NCBI GenBank assembly: GCA_963674735.2
Contig: CAXXQS010000001.1
Span: 2,176,001-2,240,000 of the forward strand
Direction of reading: 5' to 3'
DNA from: Myxococcota bacterium
GTDB taxonomy: Bacteria; Myxococcota_A; SURF-8
DNA length: 64,000 nucleotides
The notes below the pieces were generated by a model. The model was not told the DNA's origin. It was given only the letters and a program-made list of their open reading frames with translations, and did not search any database. The position numbers and the translations under genes were made by a program. Of this stretch, positions 29,160 to 39,017 are shown piece after piece (position 1 is the stretch's first letter; the number at the start of each line of letters is the position of its first letter).

Positions 29160-30479
29160 TTGTTACCACGACCTGCCATAGGAATTGAGGCGATCGCAGC
29201 CGCTTTTCCCAATCAATACATCGATCTGGGCACACTGGCCGAAGCAAACAATGTAGACCCCGGTAAATACTATGTCGGACTGGGCGTCAACCGGATGGCT
29301 GTCCCCGCCCCTCATGAGGATTCCGTCACTTTGGCTGCCGGAGCGGCCTTTCAGCTCATCCACAATAACAACGTTGATATCAACGACATCGGAACCCTGA
29401 TCGTCGGGACCGAAACATCGGTGGATGCGGCCAAGCCGATTGCCGTCTACCTTCATGGACTCCTCGGACTAAGTCCTTCCTGCCGCACCTTCGACACCAA
29501 GCACGCCTGTTATGGCGGTACCGCCGCCTTGAAACTAGTCGCCGATTGGGTTGCCGCCCGTTCGGGGAGCGGCAAGAAAGCCCTTGTTGTCACAACGGAT
29601 ATCGCACGCTACGAAGTCGAGTCACCCGGCGAGCCCACTCAAGGCGCCGGGGCGGTTGCAATGCTGGTGGCCGAGAATCCGTCTCTGCTGACCTTCGACG
29701 ACTTCCCGGAAGCCGTTTATACCCAGAACGTGATGGATTTCTGGCGCCCCCACTATTTGAATACGGCCGTGGTTTTAGGCCATACCTCCATCGAGTGCTA
29801 TCTCGAAGCCCTGGAACAAACCTACAGCCAGTACCAGGAGCTTTCCGGACTCAAATGGGATGACTATCGGCACCTGCTGTTTCATGTACCCTTCCCCAAA
29901 ATGGCCTACAAAGGGTTCAAGCTGCTCTATGACTTGGAAGCCAAACACCGCAACGGGAATCCCTTCCCCTCATTCGAAGAAGCCTTCGCACACTCGGCCG
30001 AACCGGCTCTCTGGGCGAACAGGCAGGTCGGAAATATTTACTCGGGCTCCCTTTACCTCGCGCTGGCCAGTCTGCTCGAACGACGCGGGCCGGAAGTCGC
30101 CGGAACGCGGATCGGTTTATTCAGCTACGGTTCGGGAAGTTGCGCCGAGTTCTTCTCGGGTCGCATCGGACCCGATGCCTCGGCCTGGGCCGGTAAAATC
30201 GGCGTGGGCGAGGCCTTGAACAATCGCCGGGAACTCAACTACGAACAGTATCTGCAATTTCGGGAAGAAGCCGACCTGCTCAATCAGGAAGACTCCTATC
30301 TCAATGGATCGGGCTTCAAACCGGCTGATGATCGCGCGTTGAGTTTTCATGGCATCCGACATCATGAACGTGTATACAAACCCGGCGGGTTGGTCAAACA
30401 TCTTGAGGCTTCACACCCCGCAACCAAAGAAGAAGAGCGGCCGGGGTTGGACAAACGCTTCGACGACCTGCGCCCCTAA
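29160..30479 (+). CDS. mvaS: Hydroxymethylglutaryl-CoA synthase
   Basis: GTETSVD, HACYGGT (catalytic Cys), GEPTQGAGAVA, DFWRP, HVPF and SYGSG; TTG start after AAGGAGG. Confidence 0.95.
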   Translation: MLPRPAIGIEAIAAAFPNQYIDLGTLAEANNVDPGKYYVGLGVNRMAVPAPHEDSVTLAAGAAFQLIHNNNVDINDIGTLIVGTETSVDAAKPIAVYLHGLLGLSPSCRTFDTKHACYGGTAALKLVADWVAARSGSGKKALVVTTDIARYEVESPGEPTQGAGAVAMLVAENPSLLTFDDFPEAVYTQNVMDFWRPHYLNTAVVLGHTSIECYLEALEQTYSQYQELSGLKWDDYRHLLFHVPFPKMAYKGFKLLYDLEAKHRNGNPFPSFEEAFAHSAEPALWANRQVGNIYSGSLYLALASLLERRGPEVAGTRIGLFSYGSGSCAEFFSGRIGPDASAWAGKIGVGEALNNRRELNYEQYLQFREEADLLNQEDSYLNGSGFKPADDRALSFHGIRHHERVYKPGGLVKHLEASHPATKEEERPGLDKRFDDLRP

Positions 30480-30581
30480 TGACATCCATTCATCCTGGGG
30501 GTTGTCGTAATGATGGAACGGCTGGCAATCTGTCCGTTTAGGGATATAATACCCATAAGTTCCATGATGATGGAGATTTAG

Positions 30582-31649
30582 ATGGACGATTCCGCCCGTC
30601 AAACCGAGCAGCGCAAGCGCGAGCATTTAACGCCCTTCAAATCCGGTGGCGTCAACGCCCGCGAACAAACCACCTGGCTGAAACACGTCCACCTGATTCA
30701 CCGCGCCTGCCCGGAACTCCACGTCGATGAACTCGATCTGAGCAACTCCTTCGCCGGTCACACGTTCAAAGCGCCGCTTTTCATCACCGGCATGACCGGC
30801 GGCACATCGGAAGCACGCGAAATCAACCGCGCTCTGGCCCGTACCGCCGAACGACTGGGTATCGGATTCGGTCTTGGCAGCCAACGCGCGATGCTCGAAA
30901 ATCCTGAGTTAACGCATACCTACCAAGTACGCGACGTTGCCCCGACCGTTTTTCTGGCCGGAAATCTGGGCGGAACGCAGCTCGCTCAAACCAATCCCGA
31001 CACCGTGCGAGGTCTGCTCGACGCGGTTGAGGCCGACGCTTTGTGTGTCCACCTCAATCCGGCTCAGGAAATGATGCAGCCCGAGGGAGATCGTGATTTC
31101 CGTGGCATTCTCACGGCACTTGAACGACTGACGGCCACGATGAAACGGCCGCTCATCGTGAAAGAAACCGGAGCCGGACTCAGTCGCGAAACCGTGCTTC
31201 AACTTCTTGACGTTGGTGTGCACCATGTGGATGTCTCGGGGACCGGCGGCACAAGCTGGGTGGGTGTCGAGGTGAATCGACGCGGAGGCGAGGCCGATCC
31301 CGATCTGCTGGACTTCTGGGACTGGGGCATCCCCACGGCTGCGGCTCTGCTTGACTTGAAAGACCTGGACCTACAACGCATCGGAGCAGGCGGCATTCGC
31401 ACCGGTCTCGACGTCGCACGCGCCATCGCCCTTGGGGCCGATCTGGCGGGAGCGGCTTCTCCAGCCATCCAAGCCTACTTCAACGGCGGCGAGGAAGCTT
31501 GCTACACGGCATTAAGCCGGGTGCTGGACGGACTCAAACGCGCCATGCTATTGACCGCTTCACGCAGCCTCAGTGACCTCAAGCGTGCCCCGCGCGTGAT
31601 ACAAGGAGCGCTTCTGGAATGGCAGAAACAACGCCAGTTGCAGGGATAG
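30582..31649 (+). CDS. fni: Type 2 (FMN-dependent) isopentenyl-diphosphate isomerase
   Basis: RKREH, ITGMTGG, GSQRA, HLNPAQE, VKETG and GGTSW. Confidence 0.95.
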   Translation: MDDSARQTEQRKREHLTPFKSGGVNAREQTTWLKHVHLIHRACPELHVDELDLSNSFAGHTFKAPLFITGMTGGTSEAREINRALARTAERLGIGFGLGSQRAMLENPELTHTYQVRDVAPTVFLAGNLGGTQLAQTNPDTVRGLLDAVEADALCVHLNPAQEMMQPEGDRDFRGILTALERLTATMKRPLIVKETGAGLSRETVLQLLDVGVHHVDVSGTGGTSWVGVEVNRRGGEADPDLLDFWDWGIPTAAALLDLKDLDLQRIGAGGIRTGLDVARAIALGADLAGAASPAIQAYFNGGEEACYTALSRVLDGLKRAMLLTASRSLSDLKRAPRVIQGALLEWQKQRQLQG

Positions 31650-32632
31650 AGCCACAGCCCGACCTGCACGCGCATGGCAAAGCCATTTTGTTCGGCGAAC
31701 ATGCCGTGGTGTACAACCGACCGGCTCTGGCCGTCGCCCTGCCCCACGCCATCACTCTGCAATCGCTCCGCGCAACCGAGACCGGCATCACTCTCCGCAG
31801 CCATACGGAAAATCTTCAAGGCGACGACCGCTCTGACGACTGGCTGGGCCAAGCCTTGCGTCGGCTCTCCGACCTCGTACCCGGCAAAACCGGAATGACA
31901 CTTTCCGTGGCGGTCCATCTGCCGATCAGCGCCGGGCTGGGCGGCTCGGCGGCGTTGGCGGTTTTATTGACTCGTGCGCTGGCCCACGTTCGCAACGTTC
32001 CCCTCGTTGAAAGCGAAGTCCGTCGCATTGCGCACGAGTTGGAACGCCTCTTCCACGGCACGCCTTCGGGTATCGACGACGCCCTGGCCGTCTATGGCGG
32101 TGTCTGCTGGTTTTGTCGAAACGGCACCAGCCAAACCGATCTACCCGTTAATGTTAACGCGAAACAACTCGACACCAACACCCTGCAATTGGACCTCGTC
32201 CCCCCAGCCATCGTCATCGCGTATTCCGGCCAGCCCAAAAGCACCTATGACAAGGTCGCCGGAGTCCGCGCCCGTTGGGAGGCCAACACCCCGCACATGG
32301 AAAATCTGTTCGACGCCATCGCCGACTGTGTCGAGAACGGTCTCGCCGCCTGGACAACCCACGATATGACGCGTCTCGGACAAACTCTGACCGACAACCA
32401 CCACCTGCTCCAGCAGATCGGCGTCTCGACTCCGACCCTCGACCACATGGTGGAATTGGCGTTGAGCCATGGAGCCTACGGAGCCAAATTGACCGGCGGC
32501 GGCGGCGGCGGCTGTATTCTGGCCCTGACGCCCGAACAACCGGAGGCCCTTCGCGAGGCTTTCTCCCGATCCGGCTTTCCAGCCTGGGTCATCGAACACA
32601 GCACAGGAGACCGCAAGCAATGCATGCCGTAA
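31619..32632 (+). CDS. mvk: Mevalonate kinase
   Basis: GKAILFGEHAVVY, PISAGLGGSAA, HGTPSGID and AKLTGGGGGG. Confidence 0.93.
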   Translation: MAETTPVAGIEPQPDLHAHGKAILFGEHAVVYNRPALAVALPHAITLQSLRATETGITLRSHTENLQGDDRSDDWLGQALRRLSDLVPGKTGMTLSVAVHLPISAGLGGSAALAVLLTRALAHVRNVPLVESEVRRIAHELERLFHGTPSGIDDALAVYGGVCWFCRNGTSQTDLPVNVNAKQLDTNTLQLDLVPPAIVIAYSGQPKSTYDKVAGVRARWEANTPHMENLFDAIADCVENGLAAWTTHDMTRLGQTLTDNHHLLQQIGVSTPTLDHMVELALSHGAYGAKLTGGGGGGCILALTPEQPEALREAFSRSGFPAWVIEHSTGDRKQCMP

Positions 32633-33606
32633 CCGCGCAGGCCCACGCCAATATTGCGCTCATCAAATATTGGGGTAAACGGGACAGCGAGCTGAACCTG
32701 CCCGAAACCGGGAGCCTTTCACTCACCCTATCCGATTTGACGACCACCACAACGGTACGCTTCGCCGATGACTTGAAAGCCGATGACATCAAGCTGGATG
32801 GTCGTCCCGCCGATCCCAAATCGACCAAACGCATCTCCCGTTTTCTCGATCGGGTACGCCAGCGCGCCGGAATTAAGACTTATGCCGAGGTCACAACCGC
32901 CAACAACTTCCCCACGGCCGCAGGGCTGGCGTCCTCGGCTTCGGGCTTTGCCGCCTTGACTCTGGCCGCCACCCTCGCCGCCGAATTGGATCTTTCATCC
33001 ACCGAACTGGCCGAGCTGGCACGCCTGGGTTCGGGTTCCGCCGCACGCAGCCTATCGGGTGGATTCGTCCACCTGAAAGCCGGTTCCGGTCCGCAGGGAC
33101 ACGACTTTTCCGTCCGCTCCATCGCCCCACCCGATCATATGGATCTGGCCTTGGTATTGGCGGTCAATTCGGATGCGGCCAAAGCGGTCGGATCGAGCGA
33201 AGGCATGGAACGAACCCGACGTCACTCCCCCTATTACCGTCCCTGGATCGAGACCAACCGCAGCCTGTTGCAAGAAGCACTCAGAGCGGTAAAACAGCAG
33301 GATTTCCCTACGTTGGGACGCCTCACCGAAGCTTCCTGCTTTCGGATGCACGCGGCCATGCTGGCGACCGATCCGCCCCTGATCTACTGGAACGGCGCAA
33401 CCCTGGACACCATTCGCCGTATCCACGCCCTGCGCGACAAAGGGCTGGAAGGCTACGTCACCATCGACGCCGGTCCCCACGCAAAAGTCTTATGCCGCAG
33501 GAAAGACGCCGAGGCCTGGAAAATTGAACTATCCACCTGCCCCGGAGTCGAACGCGTTCTTGTCGAAACACCCGGACCGGGCACAAAACGGATGGAGAAT
33601 TCATAG
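32620..33606 (+). CDS. mvaD: Diphosphomevalonate decarboxylase
   Basis: ANIALIKYWGK, PTAAGLASSASG, GSGSAARS and TIDAGP; start re-assigned to MHAVT at 32620. Confidence 0.95.
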   Translation: MHAVTAQAHANIALIKYWGKRDSELNLPETGSLSLTLSDLTTTTTVRFADDLKADDIKLDGRPADPKSTKRISRFLDRVRQRAGIKTYAEVTTANNFPTAAGLASSASGFAALTLAATLAAELDLSSTELAELARLGSGSAARSLSGGFVHLKAGSGPQGHDFSVRSIAPPDHMDLALVLAVNSDAAKAVGSSEGMERTRRHSPYYRPWIETNRSLLQEALRAVKQQDFPTLGRLTEASCFRMHAAMLATDPPLIYWNGATLDTIRRIHALRDKGLEGYVTIDAGPHAKVLCRRKDAEAWKIELSTCPGVERVLVETPGPGTKRMENS

Positions 33607-33607
33607 C

Positions 33608-34579
33608 ATGCGGCTGAGCTGTCCGGGAAAAAGCTTTCTACTGGGGGAATACGCGGTTCTCGAAGGTGCCCCCGCACTGGTCGCCGCCGTGAATCGACGC
33701 GCGTTCCTGGAACCGAGTCCTCAAGCCTCCCGCGCACGCCGCGACCTGGTGGCCTTTGCGCGCCAACGAGCCGCTCAGGTCTTCAACCTGCCTTTAGCGC
33801 CGCTCCTCTACCGGGCCGATACCGACGCGTTCAGTCACCAGCGGCATAAGTTGGGTCTCGGTAGTTCAGCGGCCGTCACGGTGTTGGCCGTGGCTTCCGT
33901 GGCATCCGAGAATCGATTGGACATCCACCATCATGCCGTCAGACTTCGCATCTGGGAAGCGGCTTTCGACATCCACAATGCATTTCAAAACGCCGTAGGG
34001 TCCGGTGGCGATCTGGCGGCGTCCCTCTTCGGTGGACTGCTGGTCATCAACCCGCAACCCAACACCCAAGCTCCACGGATCGAATCGCTCACGCTCGCCC
34101 AGGATGCCCACCTGTCGTTTGTCTACACAGGCAAAAGCGCCTCGACTTCCGAATTGGTGAAGACAGTCCAGGCCTTCAAGGCGCGCCATCCGGGGCGATA
34201 CAGCGAATGCATCGAAACCATGCGCGAAACGGCCAAGACCGCCCTTTCCACGAATTTATTGTCGGCTGAAAACCTGCAAACGGCTTTCGCCACATATGGT
34301 CGAGCGATGGACCATCTCGGACGCATCAGCGGCGCTCCGATCATCACGAACCCCATTCGCCAGCTCATGCAACTCGCCGATAAAACAGGTGGAACCGCCA
34401 AACCGTCAGGTGCCGGTGGCGGAGATCTGATTGTCGCGGTGTTCGACCAAGTCGATAATCTCAGCCGTTTCGAGAAAAACGCCCGAGAAAACGGCTTTTT
34501 CCCACTTTCGTTGAAACTGGACTCGGAAGGGCTTACGCAAACCGCCTCACATCAGCTCAAACAAAGGAACACGCCATGA
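33608..34579 (+). CDS. mvaK2: Phosphomevalonate kinase
   Basis: PGKSFLLGEYAVL, KLGLGSSAA, GSGGDLAAS and KPSGAGGGD; located in the mevalonate cluster. Confidence 0.88.
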   Translation: MRLSCPGKSFLLGEYAVLEGAPALVAAVNRRAFLEPSPQASRARRDLVAFARQRAAQVFNLPLAPLLYRADTDAFSHQRHKLGLGSSAAVTVLAVASVASENRLDIHHHAVRLRIWEAAFDIHNAFQNAVGSGGDLAASLFGGLLVINPQPNTQAPRIESLTLAQDAHLSFVYTGKSASTSELVKTVQAFKARHPGRYSECIETMRETAKTALSTNLLSAENLQTAFATYGRAMDHLGRISGAPIITNPIRQLMQLADKTGGTAKPSGAGGGDLIVAVFDQVDNLSRFEKNARENGFFPLSLKLDSEGLTQTASHQLKQRNTP

Positions 34580-35763
34580 CTCTGAGGCCGATATCTTCTC
34601 GTCTATCCGGCTGGCACAAACTATCACGCCGGGAACGACTTAACATACTCAAACACTGGCTGGATGATCGTCCTTTGGATCTAAGCATATTGGATTCCGG
34701 GGGGCTCTCCACCCAGCAAGCCGAATCACTGATTGAAAACGTTTGCGGCCTCTACTCGCTGCCCTTCTCCGTTGCTCCCAATTTCGTCATCAACGATGAA
34801 GATTTGTTGGTGCCGATGGTCATCGAAGAGCCTTCGGTGGTCGCCGCCGCCTCCAATGCCGCACGTCTGGCCCGTCATGGAGGCGGGTTCCATGTCGAAT
34901 CCTCCAACCCCATCATGATTGAACAAATCCAGATCACTCTGGACGATCCGGAAAAAGCCGCGCGGATCATTCTCGAACATAAAGCCGAGTTGCTCGATAT
35001 CGCCCGCCAATCGGACCCGACTCTAATCGATCTGGGTGGAGGTCCGCTGGATCTGGAGTGTCGCCAGATCGGACGCGGGGGAGAGCGCTATCTCATTTTA
35101 CATCTACTGGTGGATGTCCGGGACGCCATGGGCGCCAACACCATCAATACCATGGGTGAAGCCATCGCTCCAAAGATCGAAGCCTTGACCGGCGGAAAGG
35201 TCGGCCTTTGTATCATCAGCAATCTGGCCGACCGTCGGCTGGTAACAGTCAAGACTCGGATTCCGTTTAAATCGCTTAAAATGAAGGATTTCTCGGCGGA
35301 GCAGGTCCGGGATGGCATCGTCGCCGCGTCGCGTTTCGCCGAGCTGGATCCGTATCGCGCCGCGACCCACAACAAGGGCGTGATGAATGGAATCGACGCG
35401 GTTCTGCTGGCCACCGGGAACGACTGGCGTGCAGTGGAAGCGGGAGCCCATGCCTTTGCCGCCAAAGACGGAGGCTATCACCCTCTGTCGGTTTGGTGGA
35501 GCGGCGATAACGGCGACTTACGTGGGCGTCTGACGATCCCCATGGCGGTCGGCATCGTCGGCGGCGCGACACGCGTACAGGCCGTTGCGCGACTCGCCTT
35601 GGAATTGATCGGGGCCGACAGCGCAACCAAGCTTGCGGCCGTCGCGGCTGCGGCTGGATTAGCGAATAATCTTGCAGCCTTACGTTCTCTGGCCACGGAA
35701 GGCATACAAAAAGGCCACATGCGCCTGCATCAACGCAGTCGCCACTTAACCGATAAAAGCTGA
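34576..35763 (+). CDS. mvaA: Class II HMG-CoA reductase
   Basis: IENVCG, EEPSVVAA, DAMGAN, THNKG and GIQKGHMRLH. Confidence 0.95.
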   Translation: MTLRPISSRLSGWHKLSRRERLNILKHWLDDRPLDLSILDSGGLSTQQAESLIENVCGLYSLPFSVAPNFVINDEDLLVPMVIEEPSVVAAASNAARLARHGGGFHVESSNPIMIEQIQITLDDPEKAARIILEHKAELLDIARQSDPTLIDLGGGPLDLECRQIGRGGERYLILHLLVDVRDAMGANTINTMGEAIAPKIEALTGGKVGLCIISNLADRRLVTVKTRIPFKSLKMKDFSAEQVRDGIVAASRFAELDPYRAATHNKGVMNGIDAVLLATGNDWRAVEAGAHAFAAKDGGYHPLSVWWSGDNGDLRGRLTIPMAVGIVGGATRVQAVARLALELIGADSATKLAAVAAAAGLANNLAALRSLATEGIQKGHMRLHQRSRHLTDKS

Positions 35764-35859
35764 TTTGAGACACTAACAAGTAAGACTTGCCCTTTACGTG
35801 AATAGAACGATATGATTAGACGTCCAAAGAACTAACGGAACGAAACGACGAGGTTCGGC

Positions 35860-38319
35860 ATGCGGCAAGTGTGGAAACCCATCCTGGTAAACCTTCTGAT
35901 TTGGGGATTGCTTGCAACGGCCTGCCAGTCATCATCGGTTTCCATTGACGAACCGAAACCCCGTCTGTCCATTTCTCTGAAACTCGTATGGCCCCAAAAC
36001 ATAAAAGCCCGGCAAAAAGACGAAACAGCGACAGCCGAACGCAGCATCGTATCCTCTCCCAGCATCACACGCTTATCGGTTGTCTTGGACTTTTTGCACA
36101 ATCACCGCGACAGAGGCTTCGAAATCGATCCTCTGCGTCTGCCACCGACCCAGGTACTTGTCGACATCGTCGATAATGCCGACCGCATCAGCATCCCCTT
36201 GCCGGACACTCTGGTCGATACGGTACTTGGGCTGGGCGACGAAACGGACGCCGACTTGGATGTCGTGATTGCCGTTCAGGCCTACGCTGCAGAGTTCGAT
36301 CAACCGGTATTCTACGGATACAGCTCACCCTTCGACATCTTGGGCCGATCGGAAGAATCGGTCACGATCCCATTGGTGGAGGATACCCGAAACCTACCTC
36401 CAGTCGCATTCATCCAGGCAGCAACAAGCCGTTTCGTGGCGGGCAAAGGACTGGAATTAAACGCGGAAGCATCCCTGGACCCGGAAGACGACCCACGCCG
36501 GTATTGCTGGTTCGTGCTCGAACCCGGGAAAAGCGAACCTGAAATATTTCAATCAACCAGCATCAAGCTGGATTCCCTGACAAGTGGTGAATGGATTGCC
36601 GAGCTGCGAGTGGGTGATGCAACACTTCCACCCGATTGCAGCGAAATCCCGATTTTCGAACCACTTGAAAGCGATGATCCACTGGAATTATCCAGCCAGC
36701 ATTCACGCCTGCGCTTCGAAGCCCGCTCATGCAGCGCAGGAGCGGAATGTGAAGATGCCGGTCTGGTGTGCTGCCAGGAATCCGATACCGAAAAGACTGA
36801 TTCCCTTTCAGCAATCTGCCGGCTGCCCGACGACTGCAACGAGATTATCGGCGGGAACTTGAGCGTTTCTCCATTATCCATCGATTTCGGGGTCGTTCAG
36901 CCAAACGATCAGCTTACTCGGGAAATAACGATAACCAACGTCGGAAACAGCTCAGCCAACATCCGCGATCTGCTTTTCGAACCCGCCGACCGGCGTTTGA
37001 CCTTTGCCGGAATCGAACAAGACACACTTCCTCGATCAATCGCTCCTGAAGAATCCCTAACCGTTGAAATTTACCTAAAAGGCGATGCCACCTCCATCGG
37101 CCCTGTGGAATCCACGTTTCTGATCATGGAAGAAGACAATCCGCGCAAAGTGAAGATCAAAGGAATTGTATCGGCCGGAGCTTCCGTGTCTTTCAGACCT
37201 GACGACACCGTCATCAACTTCGGAAGCCTTGCGGCCAATGCCATTTCCGCGACAGAACTATTGCGAATTTTCAACACCTCCGGCGACGGACTTCCCCTGC
37301 AGATTATCGGCATCGACATCAACAACTTGTCGGACAAAGCTTCGGTAGATGATGAAACATCGTTCATTTTAACGAATTGGTCGGATTTCACCTCTTCCTC
37401 CATCTCCGATATCGGTTTGCCGATCACAATCGAGGCGGCTGATGTGAATAATGACAGCATTCAACCCTGGTTCGACTTATTCATCCAGTTCGCGCCCTCT
37501 CGTATCGGCGAATATCTGGCGGAGTTGGTCATTACCACCGACGCACCCAACCAATCCCGCTATGCGGTTTTGCTGCGGGGACGGGCCGAAGGTGTTGCCT
37601 CCACGCCACCCTGTTTTTACGAGCCGGAAGTTTGCGAAGGCCACCCCGATATGAAAACGATTCCGGGAACCTGCCTCTGCATGGATCAGTACGAAGCCGT
37701 CGTGGTCGACACCGACTTCTTCAACAACGGGGAATGCAGCGGTTCTGCGCGAGGTCGCATCTACAATCAGGACACCGACACCCTATCGAACATCCTCCCG
37801 ATCGATGTCGCTATCGACAACCTTGACATCTCCATTTTCGCGTGCGCTCAGGAAGAGCAACGGCCATCGGTGTTCGTCTCGTTCAATCAAGCCGCCCTCG
37901 CCTGCCGCCGGGCGGGCAAAACGCTCTGCCCCTCCGATATCTGGACGCGAGCCTGCAAAGGCTACAATGGCGCGCTCTGCGACAATCAAGCCAGTTATCC
38001 ATACGGATGTGACTATGAGCCAGGTTTGTGTAACGACATATGGCGCTGGCAAGATGAAACCGCAACACCCCGAGCCCTACCCGCCTCGGAAATGTGGGAC
38101 TGCTCCAACGATTGGCACTTTGTCAACATGAGCGGCAACGTTCGGGAATGGGCCGTAAATGAAGGAAATCCCGTGCTGCGCGGCGGATCATTCGAAGTCC
38201 AATCGGGAAGCACATTATCCTGTGATGACGAAGTGGGAGTTGAACGTCTTCAACAACAGCCGGACATCGGGTTCAGGTGTTGTGTCGAGGTTACCCAGAA
38301 TTCGGATGCGGCACGTTAA
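35860..38319 (+). CDS. Multidomain lipoprotein: PKD-like, two choice-of-anchor D/Ig-like domains, C-terminal FGE-sulfatase (C-type lectin fold) domain
   Basis: Lipobox LATAC; NLPPVA..SLDPEDD; IDFGVV/INFGSL...ITNVG repeats; MSGNVREW, RGGSF and GFRCC. Confidence 0.75.
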   Translation: MRQVWKPILVNLLIWGLLATACQSSSVSIDEPKPRLSISLKLVWPQNIKARQKDETATAERSIVSSPSITRLSVVLDFLHNHRDRGFEIDPLRLPPTQVLVDIVDNADRISIPLPDTLVDTVLGLGDETDADLDVVIAVQAYAAEFDQPVFYGYSSPFDILGRSEESVTIPLVEDTRNLPPVAFIQAATSRFVAGKGLELNAEASLDPEDDPRRYCWFVLEPGKSEPEIFQSTSIKLDSLTSGEWIAELRVGDATLPPDCSEIPIFEPLESDDPLELSSQHSRLRFEARSCSAGAECEDAGLVCCQESDTEKTDSLSAICRLPDDCNEIIGGNLSVSPLSIDFGVVQPNDQLTREITITNVGNSSANIRDLLFEPADRRLTFAGIEQDTLPRSIAPEESLTVEIYLKGDATSIGPVESTFLIMEEDNPRKVKIKGIVSAGASVSFRPDDTVINFGSLAANAISATELLRIFNTSGDGLPLQIIGIDINNLSDKASVDDETSFILTNWSDFTSSSISDIGLPITIEAADVNNDSIQPWFDLFIQFAPSRIGEYLAELVITTDAPNQSRYAVLLRGRAEGVASTPPCFYEPEVCEGHPDMKTIPGTCLCMDQYEAVVVDTDFFNNGECSGSARGRIYNQDTDTLSNILPIDVAIDNLDISIFACAQEEQRPSVFVSFNQAALACRRAGKTLCPSDIWTRACKGYNGALCDNQASYPYGCDYEPGLCNDIWRWQDETATPRALPASEMWDCSNDWHFVNMSGNVREWAVNEGNPVLRGGSFEVQSGSTLSCDDEVGVERLQQQPDIGFRCCVEVTQNSDAAR

Positions 38320-38834
38320 CTTGGCAGAAGCAAATCCGAATAGGATTGCGGCAGTAAATCCTGTCTTTCGAGGCCGAACAATCGAATCAAGCCCTCCAAA
38401 CGTTTCCGTTCGTCCTCTTCCGAACGAGAACCATCCATCACGGCCTCAAATTCGATAAAATCACCGAGATTTTCCACTCGATCGAGATGAATGCGAACAT
38501 TCCGGTACTTGTACAAGGTCCGCTCTTTTTGCACGATTCCCCAGATACCGAATGCCCGCGCCAAAACATTTTTCATGGCGTCGGGGTCGCCTAAAGCCGA
38601 AACCGTATAATGGCTTGGGCGAGGCTCGGACACATCGGTCCGAGCATAGGCGATGACCTCTGCAGAACGGGTATCACCTGTAATCTCACGCAACTTCAAA
38701 CGACCGGATGGGGCATAGTAGTAGGTATCCCGCTGAATCAAGCAGAAACCGTGACTTTGGCCAGTCAATTCACGCGCAATCTGTTCCGCATTGGCCCGGT
38801 GAGCCAGCCGGGCTTTGATCTCGATATTTTTCAT
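38316..38834 (-). CDS. cyaB: CYTH-domain class IV adenylate cyclase-like protein
   Basis: NIEIKAR (ExExK), QRDTYY, RLKLR, KER and HLDRVENLGDFIEFE. Confidence 0.85.
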   Translation of the reverse strand: MKNIEIKARLAHRANAEQIARELTGQSHGFCLIQRDTYYYAPSGRLKLREITGDTRSAEVIAYARTDVSEPRPSHYTVSALGDPDAMKNVLARAFGIWGIVQKERTLYKYRNVRIHLDRVENLGDFIEFEAVMDGSRSEEDERKRLEGLIRLFGLERQDLLPQSYSDLLLPS

Positions 38835-39017
38835 TCCAATCCTCCGCGTTGCGATAAACATAACAAGTTTTTCAAACAAACGAAATAATTTGAGTTGAAT
38901 AATCCGACATCACAGGCTTCCAATCTTTCATTCAGCTTGTATTCTCCGCATATTACGAGTAGAACGTAAGTGTTCAACAGAGTTAGGACCGATCGAGAAT
39001 CCGGTAAATGGGAGGGC

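Noticed and set aside
32275-32619. 115-aa N-terminal extension of mvaD in the ORF track
   Set aside because: Overlaps mvk; homology starts at MHAVT (32620), downstream of an AGGAG.
38100-38319. DGR variable region in the FGE domain
   Set aside because: No reverse transcriptase or template repeat seen in this window.
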